From NCBI GenBank assembly GCA_964605385.1, contig CAZSCK010000002.1:10420-74419 (forward strand): 64,000 nt of DNA, written 5' to 3'. The position numbers and the translations under genes were made by a program. Positions 19,852 to 29,983 of this stretch are shown one piece after another. Origin of the DNA: an uncultured Thioalkalispiraceae bacterium (GTDB lineage: Bacteria; Pseudomonadota; Gammaproteobacteria; UBA6429; Thiohalophilaceae). Position 1 is the first letter of the stretch, and each line of letters opens with the position of its first letter. The notes beneath the pieces were generated by a model that worked only from the letters and a program-made list of their open reading frames with translations, searched no databases and was not told where the DNA came from.

Positions 19852-22800
19852 ATGCTAATGAACGAAGTTGGTTATAAAACATTGTTAAAGTTATCAGGAA
19901 TTATTTTATTTTCTGTGCTGTTTTATTCGTTATCGTTTGCTGATGAAAATATAGCCACTTTAAATATTGTGGATCCTCAATCTTCTAAATTATTATGGAC
20001 GGACATCACTCTATTTATACTTGGGGGAGTAACACTATTTCTTCTGATATTTTTCATTTGGAATTACTGGAATAATATTAAAGATGGTAAAACGTTAAAA
20101 GATACCAAAAATTTGAAGCAATATTTGGGAGTGTTGCTAAATTCCAGTATTAATGAAATATATATATTTGATAAAAACAGCTTAAAATTTGTAAATGTCA
20201 GTAAAGGTGCCCTTCAAAACCTTGGTTATAATTTAAAGGAAATAAGACAATTATCTGCGCATGATATTAAACCTGAGTATTCATTTGATAAATTCAAAGA
20301 AGTGATAAAGCCTCTTATTGATAAAAAGAAAGACATACTTGTATTTGAAACAATTCATCAACGCAAAAATGGTTCTACTTATCCGGTTGAAGTTCATCTA
20401 CAGTTAATGGAAGGAGATAATGTAGATAGTCAGTTTATGGCTATTATTTTGGATATTTCAGAGCGTAAAGAATCTGAATCAACTTTAAAAGAAAATGAAA
20501 TTCACTTCAGAACGCTACTTGAGTCAACCTCTGCCATTCCCTGGGAAATCGATCTTAATAGCTGGTTGTTTACTTATGTTGGTCCGCAAATAGAAGAAGT
20601 ATCGGGTTTCAAACCAGAAGAATGGTATGTTGAAAATTTCTGGGCGGATCATTTACATCCTGATAATAAAGAATCCTCTATTTTATTTTGTACTGAAGCC
20701 ACTGCGCATACAGAAGATCATGAATTTGAATATCGTTTGATTAAAAAAAATGGCGATATCGTCTGGATACGTGATGCTGTGCAAGTCGTATTAGATGAAG
20801 GTAAACCCGTTATCTTACGTGGTTTCATGTTTGATATTACCAGGCAGAAAATAGAACAGGAAAATCAAAAAAAAGCTGAAAGTCGTTTAGCTGAAGCACA
20901 AAATATTGCTCATGTAGGTTCATGGGATCTGGATTTAATAACCCATGATTTGAAGTGGTCAGAGGAAATGTTTCGCATTTTTGAAGTTAACCCTGTTTTA
21001 GTAAAACCCTCTTATGAAAGTTTTATTAGCTTTATTCATCCTGATGACAGAGAGAGCGTTAATCAAGCGTATCAGGATTCTCTGGAAACTAAATTACCTT
21101 ACAATATTGAACATCGTGTACTAATGCCGGATGGTCGAGTTAAATTTGTTAATGAGCAATGTGATACAGAATATAATGATGAAGGTCAGGCGATACGTTC
21201 TTATGGCTCTGTACAAGATATTACTGAACGCAAACGTACAGATGATGCAATAAAAATGATTGCAACAGCAGTTTCGAGTACTTTAAATGATTTTTATGAA
21301 AATCTAGTTACAAGTATAGCCGAAATGTTTAATGCTGATTATGCTTTTATTGGTTTGTTAGATGAAAATGATGCAATGCAGGTTAATACCTACATGGTTT
21401 GTGCTTATGGAAAAATAGTAGCCAATATGTCCTATTCTTTAATAGGTACACCATGCTTAAATGCTATTAATCAAAAGGCATCATGTGCTTATCCTGACCA
21501 CGTACAGCAACTTTTTCCTGATGATAAGTTGCTTGTTGATATGAGGGTGGAGAGTTATATCGGTATACCGTTATATTCAGGTGATGGTAAGGCGACAGGT
21601 ATTGTTGTTGTAGCAGATAGTAAGCCGATGAAAAATACTGCGCAAATGGAAGAAGTGTTGAAGATTTTTGCTGCACGTACTGAAGCGGAGCTCGAAAGAA
21701 AAAAATCACATAAAACTATCCAGAAGTTATCCATGGCCGTTGAACAAAGTCCAAATATTATTATTATTACCAATGCTAAAGGAAAAGTTGAATATGTTAA
21801 CTCGGCTTTTATTGAAACCACGGGTTATAGCCGAGAAGAAGTTTTAAATAAAAACCCATCTGTTATACAGTCTGGAGAAATGCCGAAGAGTTTTTATGCT
21901 GAAATGTGGCAAACAATTAAAGCAGGTAAAACATGGTCGGGTATTTTTCATAATAGAAGAAGTAATGGTGAACTTTATTGGGATGAGGCAAAAATTTCTC
22001 CAATCAAAAATACTCAGGGTGATATTACGCACTACTTAGGCGTTCAATCTGACATTACTGATAAAAAACAAATCGAGCAGCAATTACGTCGAAGCCAAAA
22101 AATGGATGCGTTAGGTAAGTTAACCGGGGGGATCGCACATGACTATAATAATATGCTCAATGTTATTCTTGGTTATACTGAGCTGATGGAAATGGTTTTA
22201 AGTGATACTGCTGATGAAAAGGTAAAAGAATTTTTAAAAGAAATACAATATGCAACGGATCGTGGCGCAACACTGACTAAAAAGTTGCTTTCTTTTTCAA
22301 GGCAAGAATCAACGCAACCTGAGAGTATTGATATTAATAAGCTCTTACTTGACGCACAAAACATGCTGGAAAAAACTTTAACAGCACGTATAAATCTGGA
22401 ATATAAACTCACAGATTCAATCTGGCCTGTTTACCTTGATAAGAGTGATTTGGAAGACGCAATTTTAAACATGTGTATTAATGCCATGCATGCCATGCCA
22501 GATGGTGGAGAATTGATTATTACAACATTTAATCACACCTTATTAGAAGATGAAGCCGTTGTTATAAATTTACCCGCAGGTGAATATGTTCAGCTTTCAA
22601 TTTCTGACAGTGGCTGTGGTATAAATGAAGATGTTTTAAATCAAATATTTGATCCCTTTTTTACCACTAAAGGAGATTTAGGAACAGGACTCGGTTTGAC
22701 TCAGGTATATGGTTTTATTAAACGAGCAAAAGGTGCTATCACAATTGATTCCAGTTTGAATCAGGGTACCTATATTTTAATTTATTTCCCACGCAATTAT

Positions 22801-23217
22801 TCTGAAGTTGAACCTGACCAGATTATTTCTGATGAAATAACTGAACAAAAAGGTTATGAAAATATTTTGGTTGTTGATGATGAAGCGGCGATATGTGAGT
22901 TATCAAAAAACTTATTGAGCTCTAAAGGTTATAACGTGCTTGTTGCCGACAGTGGCCAGGCTGCATTAAAGATATTGGAATCAAATGACATTGATTTGCT
23001 ACTTTCCGACGTTATTATGCCAAATATGGATGGCTATAAATTAGCAGCTAAAGTTAGAAAAAAATATCCACATATTAAAATTCAACTGGTAAGTGGTTTT
23101 GATGACGATCGTAAACGTACAGAAGAAGATCAGCTTTTATATAAATACTTGTTACATAAACCTTATACTGCTTCGAGTTTGTTCACTACAGTAAGAAAAT
23201 GTTTTATACGTAAATAA
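19852..23217 (+). CDS. Hybrid sensor histidine kinase (2 TM, multiple PAS, GAF, PAS, HisKA, HATPase, receiver)
   Basis: Repeated PAS/PAC-like blocks (e.g. YPVEVHLQ, EFEYRLIKKNGDIVWIRD, EHRVLMPDGRVKFV, FHNRRSNGELYWDEAKISPI). GAF-like block around aa 470-610. H-box GIAHDYNNML, G2 box GTGLGLTQV. Receiver ILVVDDE...DLLLSDVIMPNMDG...KP. Confidence 0.9.
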   Translation: MLMNEVGYKTLLKLSGIILFSVLFYSLSFADENIATLNIVDPQSSKLLWTDITLFILGGVTLFLLIFFIWNYWNNIKDGKTLKDTKNLKQYLGVLLNSSINEIYIFDKNSLKFVNVSKGALQNLGYNLKEIRQLSAHDIKPEYSFDKFKEVIKPLIDKKKDILVFETIHQRKNGSTYPVEVHLQLMEGDNVDSQFMAIILDISERKESESTLKENEIHFRTLLESTSAIPWEIDLNSWLFTYVGPQIEEVSGFKPEEWYVENFWADHLHPDNKESSILFCTEATAHTEDHEFEYRLIKKNGDIVWIRDAVQVVLDEGKPVILRGFMFDITRQKIEQENQKKAESRLAEAQNIAHVGSWDLDLITHDLKWSEEMFRIFEVNPVLVKPSYESFISFIHPDDRESVNQAYQDSLETKLPYNIEHRVLMPDGRVKFVNEQCDTEYNDEGQAIRSYGSVQDITERKRTDDAIKMIATAVSSTLNDFYENLVTSIAEMFNADYAFIGLLDENDAMQVNTYMVCAYGKIVANMSYSLIGTPCLNAINQKASCAYPDHVQQLFPDDKLLVDMRVESYIGIPLYSGDGKATGIVVVADSKPMKNTAQMEEVLKIFAARTEAELERKKSHKTIQKLSMAVEQSPNIIIITNAKGKVEYVNSAFIETTGYSREEVLNKNPSVIQSGEMPKSFYAEMWQTIKAGKTWSGIFHNRRSNGELYWDEAKISPIKNTQGDITHYLGVQSDITDKKQIEQQLRRSQKMDALGKLTGGIAHDYNNMLNVILGYTELMEMVLSDTADEKVKEFLKEIQYATDRGATLTKKLLSFSRQESTQPESIDINKLLLDAQNMLEKTLTARINLEYKLTDSIWPVYLDKSDLEDAILNMCINAMHAMPDGGELIITTFNHTLLEDEAVVINLPAGEYVQLSISDSGCGINEDVLNQIFDPFFTTKGDLGTGLGLTQVYGFIKRAKGAITIDSSLNQGTYILIYFPRNYSEVEPDQIISDEITEQKGYENILVVDDEAAICELSKNLLSSKGYNVLVADSGQAALKILESNDIDLLLSDVIMPNMDGYKLAAKVRKKYPHIKIQLVSGFDDDRKRTEEDQLLYKYLLHKPYTASSLFTTVRKCFIRK

Positions 23218-23329
23218 GGATGTTTAGTGGGCAATTTGTTCCTCACATATTGACCCGAGAATCTACAAGCCTCATAATCACGTCCGTTTTTATTCACTTT
23301 AATGTGGGTTAAACACAGTTATCTTTAAT

Positions 23330-23444
23330 GGTGGCCTGGATGGGTCCCCTCGCAACGATAAACCGTGAACCCGGTCAGGCCTGGAAGGGAGCAGCCGCAG
23401 CGGTGGATTCGTGTGCCGAGGTGTGGCTTGCTCAGGTCGCCGCC
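23330..23444 (+). ncRNA. ffs: Signal recognition particle 4.5S RNA
   Basis: GC-rich 115-nt island in AT-rich spacer. It aligns by eye to E. coli 4.5S RNA: CGCAACG, GGTCAGGcCtGGAAGGgAGCAGCC (domain IV core), GTGTGCCG. The 5' and 3' ends are complementary. Sits upstream of dnaX. Confidence 0.85.
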
Positions 23445-23575
23445 TAAGAATTCCTGATTTTATTCAAAATTCCAGCCAATTTTTTGTTTTTGTTGCTCTT
23501 CTGAACTCCGAAAATGTCCTTTTTTGAGTTATAATACTTTACCAGTATTTATCATCTTTCAATTTAGGGATTTTC

Positions 23576-25261
23576 ATGAGTTATCAGGTACTTGCACGTA
23601 AATGGCGTCCTCGTGGTTTTGCCGAAATGGTGGGTCAGGAACATGTATTACGAGCACTGAGTAATGCATTGGATAGCGGTCGTTTGCACCATGCTTTTTT
23701 ATTTACCGGTACACGTGGCGTTGGCAAAACAACCATCGCACGTATTCTTGCAAAATCCCTTAATTGTGAACAGGGTGTAAGCGCAACACCTTGTGGTGAG
23801 TGTGCGACTTGTAAAGAGATTGATGAAGGTCGTTTTGTAGATTTGATTGAAGTGGATGCGGCATCAAGAACAAAGGTTGAAGATACTCGCGAACTCCTGG
23901 ATAACGTTCAATATGCACCAACCCGTGGTCGCTATAAAGTGTATTTAATCGATGAAGTGCATATGCTCTCTGGCCACAGTTTTAACGCCTTATTAAAAAC
24001 ACTGGAAGAGCCGCCACCTCATGTTAAGTTTTTATTGGCAACCACAGATCCACAAAAATTACCTGTCACTATTTTATCGCGTTGTTTACAGTTTAATTTA
24101 AGACGCTTATCCATTGAGCGTATTCAGGCACATCTGCAATTAATTTTAGAAAAAGAAAGTCTGCCTTTCGAATCGGCCGCTTTGTTACAGCTTGCGCGTG
24201 CGGCAGATGGAAGTATGCGTGATGCATTAAGTTTGCTTGATCAGGCAATTGCTTTCGGTAACAGTACGGTTACCGATGCTGATGTACGGTTAATGCTGGG
24301 TACGATTGAACAATATCATGTTTTTGATTTATTAGATGCTTTAGCCTCAGCAGATGGTTCTGTCCTTATTCAAAGGGTACAGGAATTAGCACAACAAGCT
24401 CCCGATTTTTCAGCTGTGTTGGCAGAAATTATTACCTGCTTACATTATTTAGCATTATTAAAACAAGTACCGGATGCTTATGACCATAATATGGGTGATA
24501 AAGAACGTTACTTTAAATTATTAGAATCATTGAGTGCTGAAGATATTCAATTATATTATCAAATTGCCTTACATGGGCGGCGTGATTTACCGTTAGCACC
24601 GGATCAACGTAATGGTCTTGAAATGGTCTTGTTACGCATGTTGGCATTCAGGCCTGATAATGATGGAGTGAAAAATGCTAATACACCAGTATCTAAAACT
24701 GCACAACCACAACAATCAAGCTCAGAAACTTATGCGAAACAGCAGAATAAATCTGTTGCCATCAGTGTAAAAGAAAAGGCACCTCAAATAAATGAGGCAT
24801 CAAAGGTTGTAAATAAACCGGTTCAATCCAGCACCTTAGTAAAGATTGATTTAAGCAGATTATCAACAGAGAATTGGCATGAAATCGTTTCTTATTTAGA
24901 TGTTGCCGGGATTTTAAAACAACTGGTTGAACATAGTGCTTTTATTCGCATTGAAAATGCATGTTTATATTTGGCTGTTGCACCATCACATTCTGCAATG
25001 TTAACACCTGAACGTGAACAACAACTGCAAGATAAATTGTCTGCTTATTTTGTTACGGAACTTAAATTAAAAATTGAAAAAACACAAACAGACACAGAAA
25101 CGCCTGCTGCACGTAGTGGTAGACAACAACAAGAACGTCAGACTGCAGCAGAAAGTTCTATTGTTAATGATGATAATGTAAAAAATATTATGGATGCATT
25201 CAACGGACATGTAGACATTGAATCAGTGCAAGCAATAGATTCTGTAACAAACCAAACATAA
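23576..25261 (+). CDS. dnaX: DNA polymerase III subunit tau (gamma/tau)
   Basis: Walker A GTRGVGKTT, zinc module CGECATC, SRC motif region. 561 aa. Confidence 0.93.
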   Translation: MSYQVLARKWRPRGFAEMVGQEHVLRALSNALDSGRLHHAFLFTGTRGVGKTTIARILAKSLNCEQGVSATPCGECATCKEIDEGRFVDLIEVDAASRTKVEDTRELLDNVQYAPTRGRYKVYLIDEVHMLSGHSFNALLKTLEEPPPHVKFLLATTDPQKLPVTILSRCLQFNLRRLSIERIQAHLQLILEKESLPFESAALLQLARAADGSMRDALSLLDQAIAFGNSTVTDADVRLMLGTIEQYHVFDLLDALASADGSVLIQRVQELAQQAPDFSAVLAEIITCLHYLALLKQVPDAYDHNMGDKERYFKLLESLSAEDIQLYYQIALHGRRDLPLAPDQRNGLEMVLLRMLAFRPDNDGVKNANTPVSKTAQPQQSSSETYAKQQNKSVAISVKEKAPQINEASKVVNKPVQSSTLVKIDLSRLSTENWHEIVSYLDVAGILKQLVEHSAFIRIENACLYLAVAPSHSAMLTPEREQQLQDKLSAYFVTELKLKIEKTQTDTETPAARSGRQQQERQTAAESSIVNDDNVKNIMDAFNGHVDIESVQAIDSVTNQT

Positions 25262-25305
25262 AATTAATTAAATATTCTTAAACAGAATTTCAATGAGGTA
25301 ATACT

Positions 25306-25629
25306 ATGAAAGGTGGAATCGGTAACCTGATGAAACAAGCGCAAAAAATGCAAGCAGATATGGCAAAAGCGCAGGAAGAAATGGCAAGTATTGAAGTTAC
25401 AGGCCAATCGGGTGGAGGTATGGTATCTGTTGTAATGACTTGTCGACATGATGTTAAACGTGTTTCTATTGATGACAGTTTATTGAGTGATGATAAAGAT
25501 ATGCTGGAAGATTTGATTGCAGCAGCAGTGAACGATGCTGTACGTCTGGTTGAAAAAACATCATCCGAAAAAATGTCTGGTATGACCGCAGGTTTAAATT
25601 TACCTGGCGGAATGAAATTACCGTTCTAA
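25306..25629 (+). CDS. ybaB: Nucleoid-associated protein YbaB/EbfC
   Basis: 107 aa. N-terminus [11 protein letters not shown]. Conserved dnaX-ybaB-recR order. Confidence 0.9.
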   Translation: MKGGIGNLMKQAQKMQADMAKAQEEMASIEVTGQSGGGMVSVVMTCRHDVKRVSIDDSLLSDDKDMLEDLIAAAVNDAVRLVEKTSSEKMSGMTAGLNLPGGMKLPF

Positions 25630-25638
25630 TTTTTATTT

Positions 25639-26235
25639 ATGTCTAGTAGTTCATTGGTAAATCAATTAATTGAAGCTTTACGCTGTTTACCCAGCGTAGG
25701 GCCAAAATCTGCACAACGTATGGCGTATTACTTGCTGGAACGCGATCGCAGCGGAGCTGAAAATTTAAGCTCTGTATTAGCTAAAGCTGTTAAGGAAGTA
25801 GGGCATTGTAAACAGTGTCGTAGTTTAAGCGAACAAAAAATTTGTGACATATGTGCAAGTTCAAATCGTGACAGGTCACTGCTTTGTATTGTTGAAACCC
25901 CCTCGGACGTACAGGTGATTGAGCAATCAACCAATTTTAACGGTTTATTTTTTGTTTTAATGGGACATCTTTCTCCTCTTGATGGCATTGGCCCTGAAGA
26001 GATTGGACTTGGATTATTGGCTCAACGTCTTGATCAGGGAGAAATAAAAGAAGTGGTACTCGCGACTAACTTTACAGTTGAAGGTGAAGCAACTGCGCAT
26101 TACATTAGTGAAATGGTTAACTCACGAAATATAACCGCAAGTCGTATTGCTCATGGTGTGCCTGTTGGCGGCGAACTTGAATATGTCAACAGCAGTACAC
26201 TTTCGCATGCTTTTTCTGGCAGGCAGGTTTTCTAA
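25639..26235 (+). CDS. recR: Recombination protein RecR
   Basis: HhH N-terminus [13 protein letters not shown], zinc finger [16 protein letters not shown], Toprim region. Confidence 0.93.
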   Translation: MSSSSLVNQLIEALRCLPSVGPKSAQRMAYYLLERDRSGAENLSSVLAKAVKEVGHCKQCRSLSEQKICDICASSNRDRSLLCIVETPSDVQVIEQSTNFNGLFFVLMGHLSPLDGIGPEEIGLGLLAQRLDQGEIKEVVLATNFTVEGEATAHYISEMVNSRNITASRIAHGVPVGGELEYVNSSTLSHAFSGRQVF

Positions 26236-26370
26236 TTGTAGGTCGGGCTTCTACCCTCTATTTTATTGTGGGGCGCTACGAGCTCGACGCTGCGGTATAC
26301 CATTGCTCAAATGTTTTAGATTACAATATCAACACCGCGTCAGACTAAAGTCTAAGCTACGAGATAGGGT

Positions 26371-27816
26371 TTATAAGAGCTGTTCTAAAATTTTTGTTGT
26401 ATGTGTACATAGCGTTTTAAAATAATTATAACTTCTATCTTCAATCTGGCAGGTTGAGGTATGCCTGTCTGCATAAAATAATCCATAAGGTTCATTTTTT
26501 ATAAAAATAGACATTGCAACAAAAGAGTTGGTACTGACAAGTTTTTGGAAATCAACTGATACAAGTGGCCAGAATTTTTCCCGAGTTGATTCGTTCATTA
26601 AAACAGCTTGGGGTTTTGTTAGCAGATGTGAAAAGAGATCAGTGCCGGTTATTTCTATTTTAAATCGATTAAATACAGGATCATTTTCAGCACCTTTTAA
26701 CACCTGCCCTTGTAATAACTTTTCTTCTTTATTGTAGAGGCAAAATACTACACGGTTTAAACCCACTCCGTCATGCATAGCGGTAACAATATCCTGAATA
26801 AACTCATCTGAGCTTATATCTTTAGGTGATAGTTTTGTCATCACTTGTATTGCTTCACGTAATATAGACAACTGAGGAATTAAACAAATTGCCGCATCAT
26901 GAGTGGCATGCTCATCGTTATTTTTATCAGTTTGTATTTTTTCTGGCTCCATTATAAGAGGCAGAAACTGTGCTGCAGGTGGAGTATCATATTGTGGAAT
27001 TTCTCGTGCAATTTCTGCGGCGATAACATGTGTACGTGAAATAACTTCATCGACAGAAATATCCATCCATTCGGCTATTTGTTCCTGCAGTTCATATGTT
27101 TGCTTACTGTACCAGCCTTCATACGTAATATTTCGAGCAAGTTGAACACCTAACATAATGCCATATGCACGAGGGAATTTTGCATTCTTAGAAGAAAGAG
27201 CTTCTGTAACTAGCTCAGGAAATTTAAGCTTTTCAGCAATTTTAAGAGTGAGTTCATTTAAGGTAAAACCTAAAACAATATATTGTGCTTCTTCTGATGC
27301 AATATGATCCTCAATACGTAACTGGGTAATTTTATCGAGCAATTCAGGTGCATGCATTGCTAGAATCATTTCACCAAGAAAGTGTAGTTGAGCGGCTGCA
27401 AAAACTTCATCTGGAGTCATGTCTCGTCGTAAGGCTGCCCAGTCCGTGGCAAAACGAGCAGCATGATAGGCTCGACTGAATGTCGCTAATAATCTTACTT
27501 TTTCTTTTTCTTCGAGGGTATCGCCAGCAGCAGGCAATATATCGGGTAAATGAGTTAATTGATCGGTACCCATTAAACGGAAAGCCTGATTTACATGGGT
27601 AATTTCAGTGGATAAGCGACCTTTGGGAAGGTTATTTGAACTACGCAAAATATGTACAACGAGACCAGGATCACGCTCTACAACATGAGTAATTTCTTTT
27701 AATGGGATTTCTTCCTGGCAACATAAATGACGCAATTCTTTAATTGTGTATTTAAGTACAGGTACAGGCTGTTTAACTGCAAGCTCTACCCATTTATTTA
27801 TATTTTTGTTATCCAT
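26371..27816 (-). CDS. HDOD-domain protein with a C-terminal GAF-like domain
   Basis: HDOD signature PVPVLKYTIKELRHL...ITHVVERDPGLVVHILRSSNN plus helical HD-like region. The C-terminal ~170 aa has a GAF-like pattern (...VFCLYNKEEKLLQG...PYGLFYADR). Confidence 0.75.
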   Translation of the reverse strand: MDNKNINKWVELAVKQPVPVLKYTIKELRHLCCQEEIPLKEITHVVERDPGLVVHILRSSNNLPKGRLSTEITHVNQAFRLMGTDQLTHLPDILPAAGDTLEEKEKVRLLATFSRAYHAARFATDWAALRRDMTPDEVFAAAQLHFLGEMILAMHAPELLDKITQLRIEDHIASEEAQYIVLGFTLNELTLKIAEKLKFPELVTEALSSKNAKFPRAYGIMLGVQLARNITYEGWYSKQTYELQEQIAEWMDISVDEVISRTHVIAAEIAREIPQYDTPPAAQFLPLIMEPEKIQTDKNNDEHATHDAAICLIPQLSILREAIQVMTKLSPKDISSDEFIQDIVTAMHDGVGLNRVVFCLYNKEEKLLQGQVLKGAENDPVFNRFKIEITGTDLFSHLLTKPQAVLMNESTREKFWPLVSVDFQKLVSTNSFVAMSIFIKNEPYGLFYADRHTSTCQIEDRSYNYFKTLCTHTTKILEQLL

Positions 27817-27965
27817 GCAATACTCAAGATACTCGCAATTTTAAATAAAATGCTTTATTCCCGCTGTTTTATTAAGTCAATAAAGTGCTGTAATATTTGT
27901 TTTTGTACAGATATTATTGGTGTTGTACAAGTTATGCTGTATATATCGACAGTTTAATAATTTTC

Positions 27966-27993
27966 TAAAGTTTTTATCATTATTGGTCGATAT
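27966..27993 (+). promoter_or_regulatory. Sigma-28 (FliA)-type promoter upstream of motA
   Basis: TAAAGTTT (8/8 of the -35 consensus), N12, GTCGATAT (6/8 of GCCGATAA). 74 nt upstream of the motA ATG. Confidence 0.55.
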
Positions 27994-28066
27994 GATATTT
28001 AATGATTACCGTGATAAGGTATTAACAGATTCAATTTTAGCTATAAATATAGGATTTATTTAAAAA

Positions 28067-28921
28067 ATGAAATTTATTATTGGGCTTGTCATCATTATTG
28101 GCTGTCTTTATATTGGTTACACGTTCTCGGGTGGTTATCTTGCGGCATTATGGCAACCATTTGAAGTAGTAATTATTTTAGGTGGGTCGATAGGTGCTTT
28201 TATTATTGGCTATCCCGCTAAAGTAATTTTCGGAACACTTAAAGGTATTTTAGGGCTTTTTAAAGGGCAAAAATATAAAAAAGCAAGCTACATGGATTTA
28301 TTAGGTTTAATGTTTAAACTTTTTTCCAAAGCACGCAAAGAAGGTTTAATGGCATTAGAGGCAGATATTGAAGAACCACATGAGAGTGAAATTTTTAAAG
28401 AAGTGCCTAAACTTTTGGCCAACCATCATTTAACCGACTTCATTTGTGATTACCTGCGTCTCATGGTTGGCGGGAACATGAACGCTTTTGAGCTCGAAAG
28501 CTTGATGGATCTTGAGTTAGAAACGCATCATCACGAAGCAGAAGAGCCGAGCCATGCATTGCAAAATATGGCTGATGGCCTGCCGGCTTTTGGTATTGTT
28601 GCTGCCGTGATGGGTATTGTTATTACCATGGCATATATTAGTGAACCACCCGAAGTGTTGGGGCATCATGTTGGTGCCGCACTGGTGGGTACTTTCCTGG
28701 GTATTTTAATGGGTTATGGTTTTGCTGGCCCAATGGCAAATTCCATGGGTGAACAGGCAAAAGAAGAAGGTTTGATTTTAGGCTGTGCAAAAACATGTAT
28801 TATCGCAACACTCAATGGATATACGCCACAAATTGCAGTTGAGTTTGGTCGTAAAGCACTTACTAGTGATTTGAGACCGAGCTTTTTAGAATTAGAAGAA
28901 TTTGTGAAAGGCCAAAAGTAA
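28067..28921 (+). CDS. motA: Flagellar stator protein MotA
   Basis: N-terminus collinear with E. coli MotA (GGYLAALWQPFEVVIILGGSIGAFIIG). 4 TM topology. 284 aa. Confidence 0.9.
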   Translation: MKFIIGLVIIIGCLYIGYTFSGGYLAALWQPFEVVIILGGSIGAFIIGYPAKVIFGTLKGILGLFKGQKYKKASYMDLLGLMFKLFSKARKEGLMALEADIEEPHESEIFKEVPKLLANHHLTDFICDYLRLMVGGNMNAFELESLMDLELETHHHEAEEPSHALQNMADGLPAFGIVAAVMGIVITMAYISEPPEVLGHHVGAALVGTFLGILMGYGFAGPMANSMGEQAKEEGLILGCAKTCIIATLNGYTPQIAVEFGRKALTSDLRPSFLELEEFVKGQK

Positions 28922-28961
28922 TATTTTGTTTATTAAATTTCAAATAAGAAAAGATCGTTAA

Positions 28962-29960
28962 GTGGCAGACGATAAAAAACAACCGATAGTCATTAAGAAG
29001 ATCGTTAAAGCTGCCGGTCATCATGGTGGTGCATGGAAAGTCGCTTATGCGGATTTTGTAACCGCTATGATGGCATTTTTCCTCCTGCTCTGGTTGCTGG
29101 GTATTAGTGATGAAGCTATGCGTGGTGGCATCTCAGAAATGTTTAAAAATCCTTCACCCTTGATTGGTCCGGGTGGAACAAGTACTAGCATGATTAAACT
29201 TGGCGGTACTAAAGAAATTCCTCGTGGTGATGGTGAGAAAACCATGCAGCAAGCAGATATACAAAAGTTAAGCGATAATACTTTTGATAATAAGGATAAA
29301 AAAAATCAAGAAGAAAAACAAAAAATAAAAGATCAAGAAAAAGCAAAAGATAAAGTTGTTCTTGATCAGTTATTAATTAAATTAAAAGAGACCATTGAGA
29401 ACAGTGAAATGCTCAAGGACTTTAAAGATCAAATGTTGTTAGAAGTCATGCCTGAAGGTCTGCGTATTCAGATTATAGATAAAGAAAAACGCCCGATGTT
29501 CTCTTCTGGCAGTGAAAAACTTAAACCTTATACTCGTGTTATTTTGCAAGAAGTTGCAAAAACTATTGCAAAACATGCGGATAATAAAATCAGTATTACA
29601 GGCCATACCGATGTATCTGCTTTTGGTAAAGGTATTATCGAATATGAAACGGTAGATGGTGAAGTGCTTCGAAAACAATATAGTAACTGGGAATTATCGG
29701 CTGACCGTGCTAATGCGGCACGACGTGAGTTAATAAAAGGTGGGATGCCATTAAAGCAAATAGGGCGTGTTGTTGGTTTATCTTCTACCGTTTTATTTGA
29801 TAAAAAAAATCCGGGCAGTGCGATTAATCGACGAATCAGTATTATTGTAATGAATAAAGCAACCACTAATGCAATTTTTGAAAATGAAGGTAAGATGGAG
29901 CCGAAACATGGTGTTGCTGTTTCAACCGAACATTCAATAGCAGCCCCGGTAAAACATTAA
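28962..29960 (+). CDS. motB: Flagellar stator protein MotB (OmpA-like peptidoglycan-binding C-terminus)
   Basis: GTG start. Plug/TM segment WKVAYADFVTAMMAFFLLLWL with the conserved Asp. OmpA-like NWELSADRANAARREL. Confidence 0.88.
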   Translation: MADDKKQPIVIKKIVKAAGHHGGAWKVAYADFVTAMMAFFLLLWLLGISDEAMRGGISEMFKNPSPLIGPGGTSTSMIKLGGTKEIPRGDGEKTMQQADIQKLSDNTFDNKDKKNQEEKQKIKDQEKAKDKVVLDQLLIKLKETIENSEMLKDFKDQMLLEVMPEGLRIQIIDKEKRPMFSSGSEKLKPYTRVILQEVAKTIAKHADNKISITGHTDVSAFGKGIIEYETVDGEVLRKQYSNWELSADRANAARRELIKGGMPLKQIGRVVGLSSTVLFDKKNPGSAINRRISIIVMNKATTNAIFENEGKMEPKHGVAVSTEHSIAAPVKH

Positions 29961-29983
29961 GTTTACTATAGACTAATCTAAGA

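Noticed and set aside
23576-25261. Looked for the E. coli-type dnaX -1 frameshift signal (A AAA AAG followed by a hairpin) that produces gamma
   Set aside because: No A-AAA-AAG heptamer in frame. The only A6 run (25077..25082) is near the C-terminus and is not phased as X-XXY-YYZ, so I make no frameshift claim.
26147-26425. 92-aa plus-strand ORF running from the recR 3' end through the spacer
   Set aside because: Out of frame with recR. It translates the hairpin-rich spacer (CRSGFYPL..., RVRLKSKL...) and overlaps the convergent HDOD gene end. Looks like a repeat-translation artefact.
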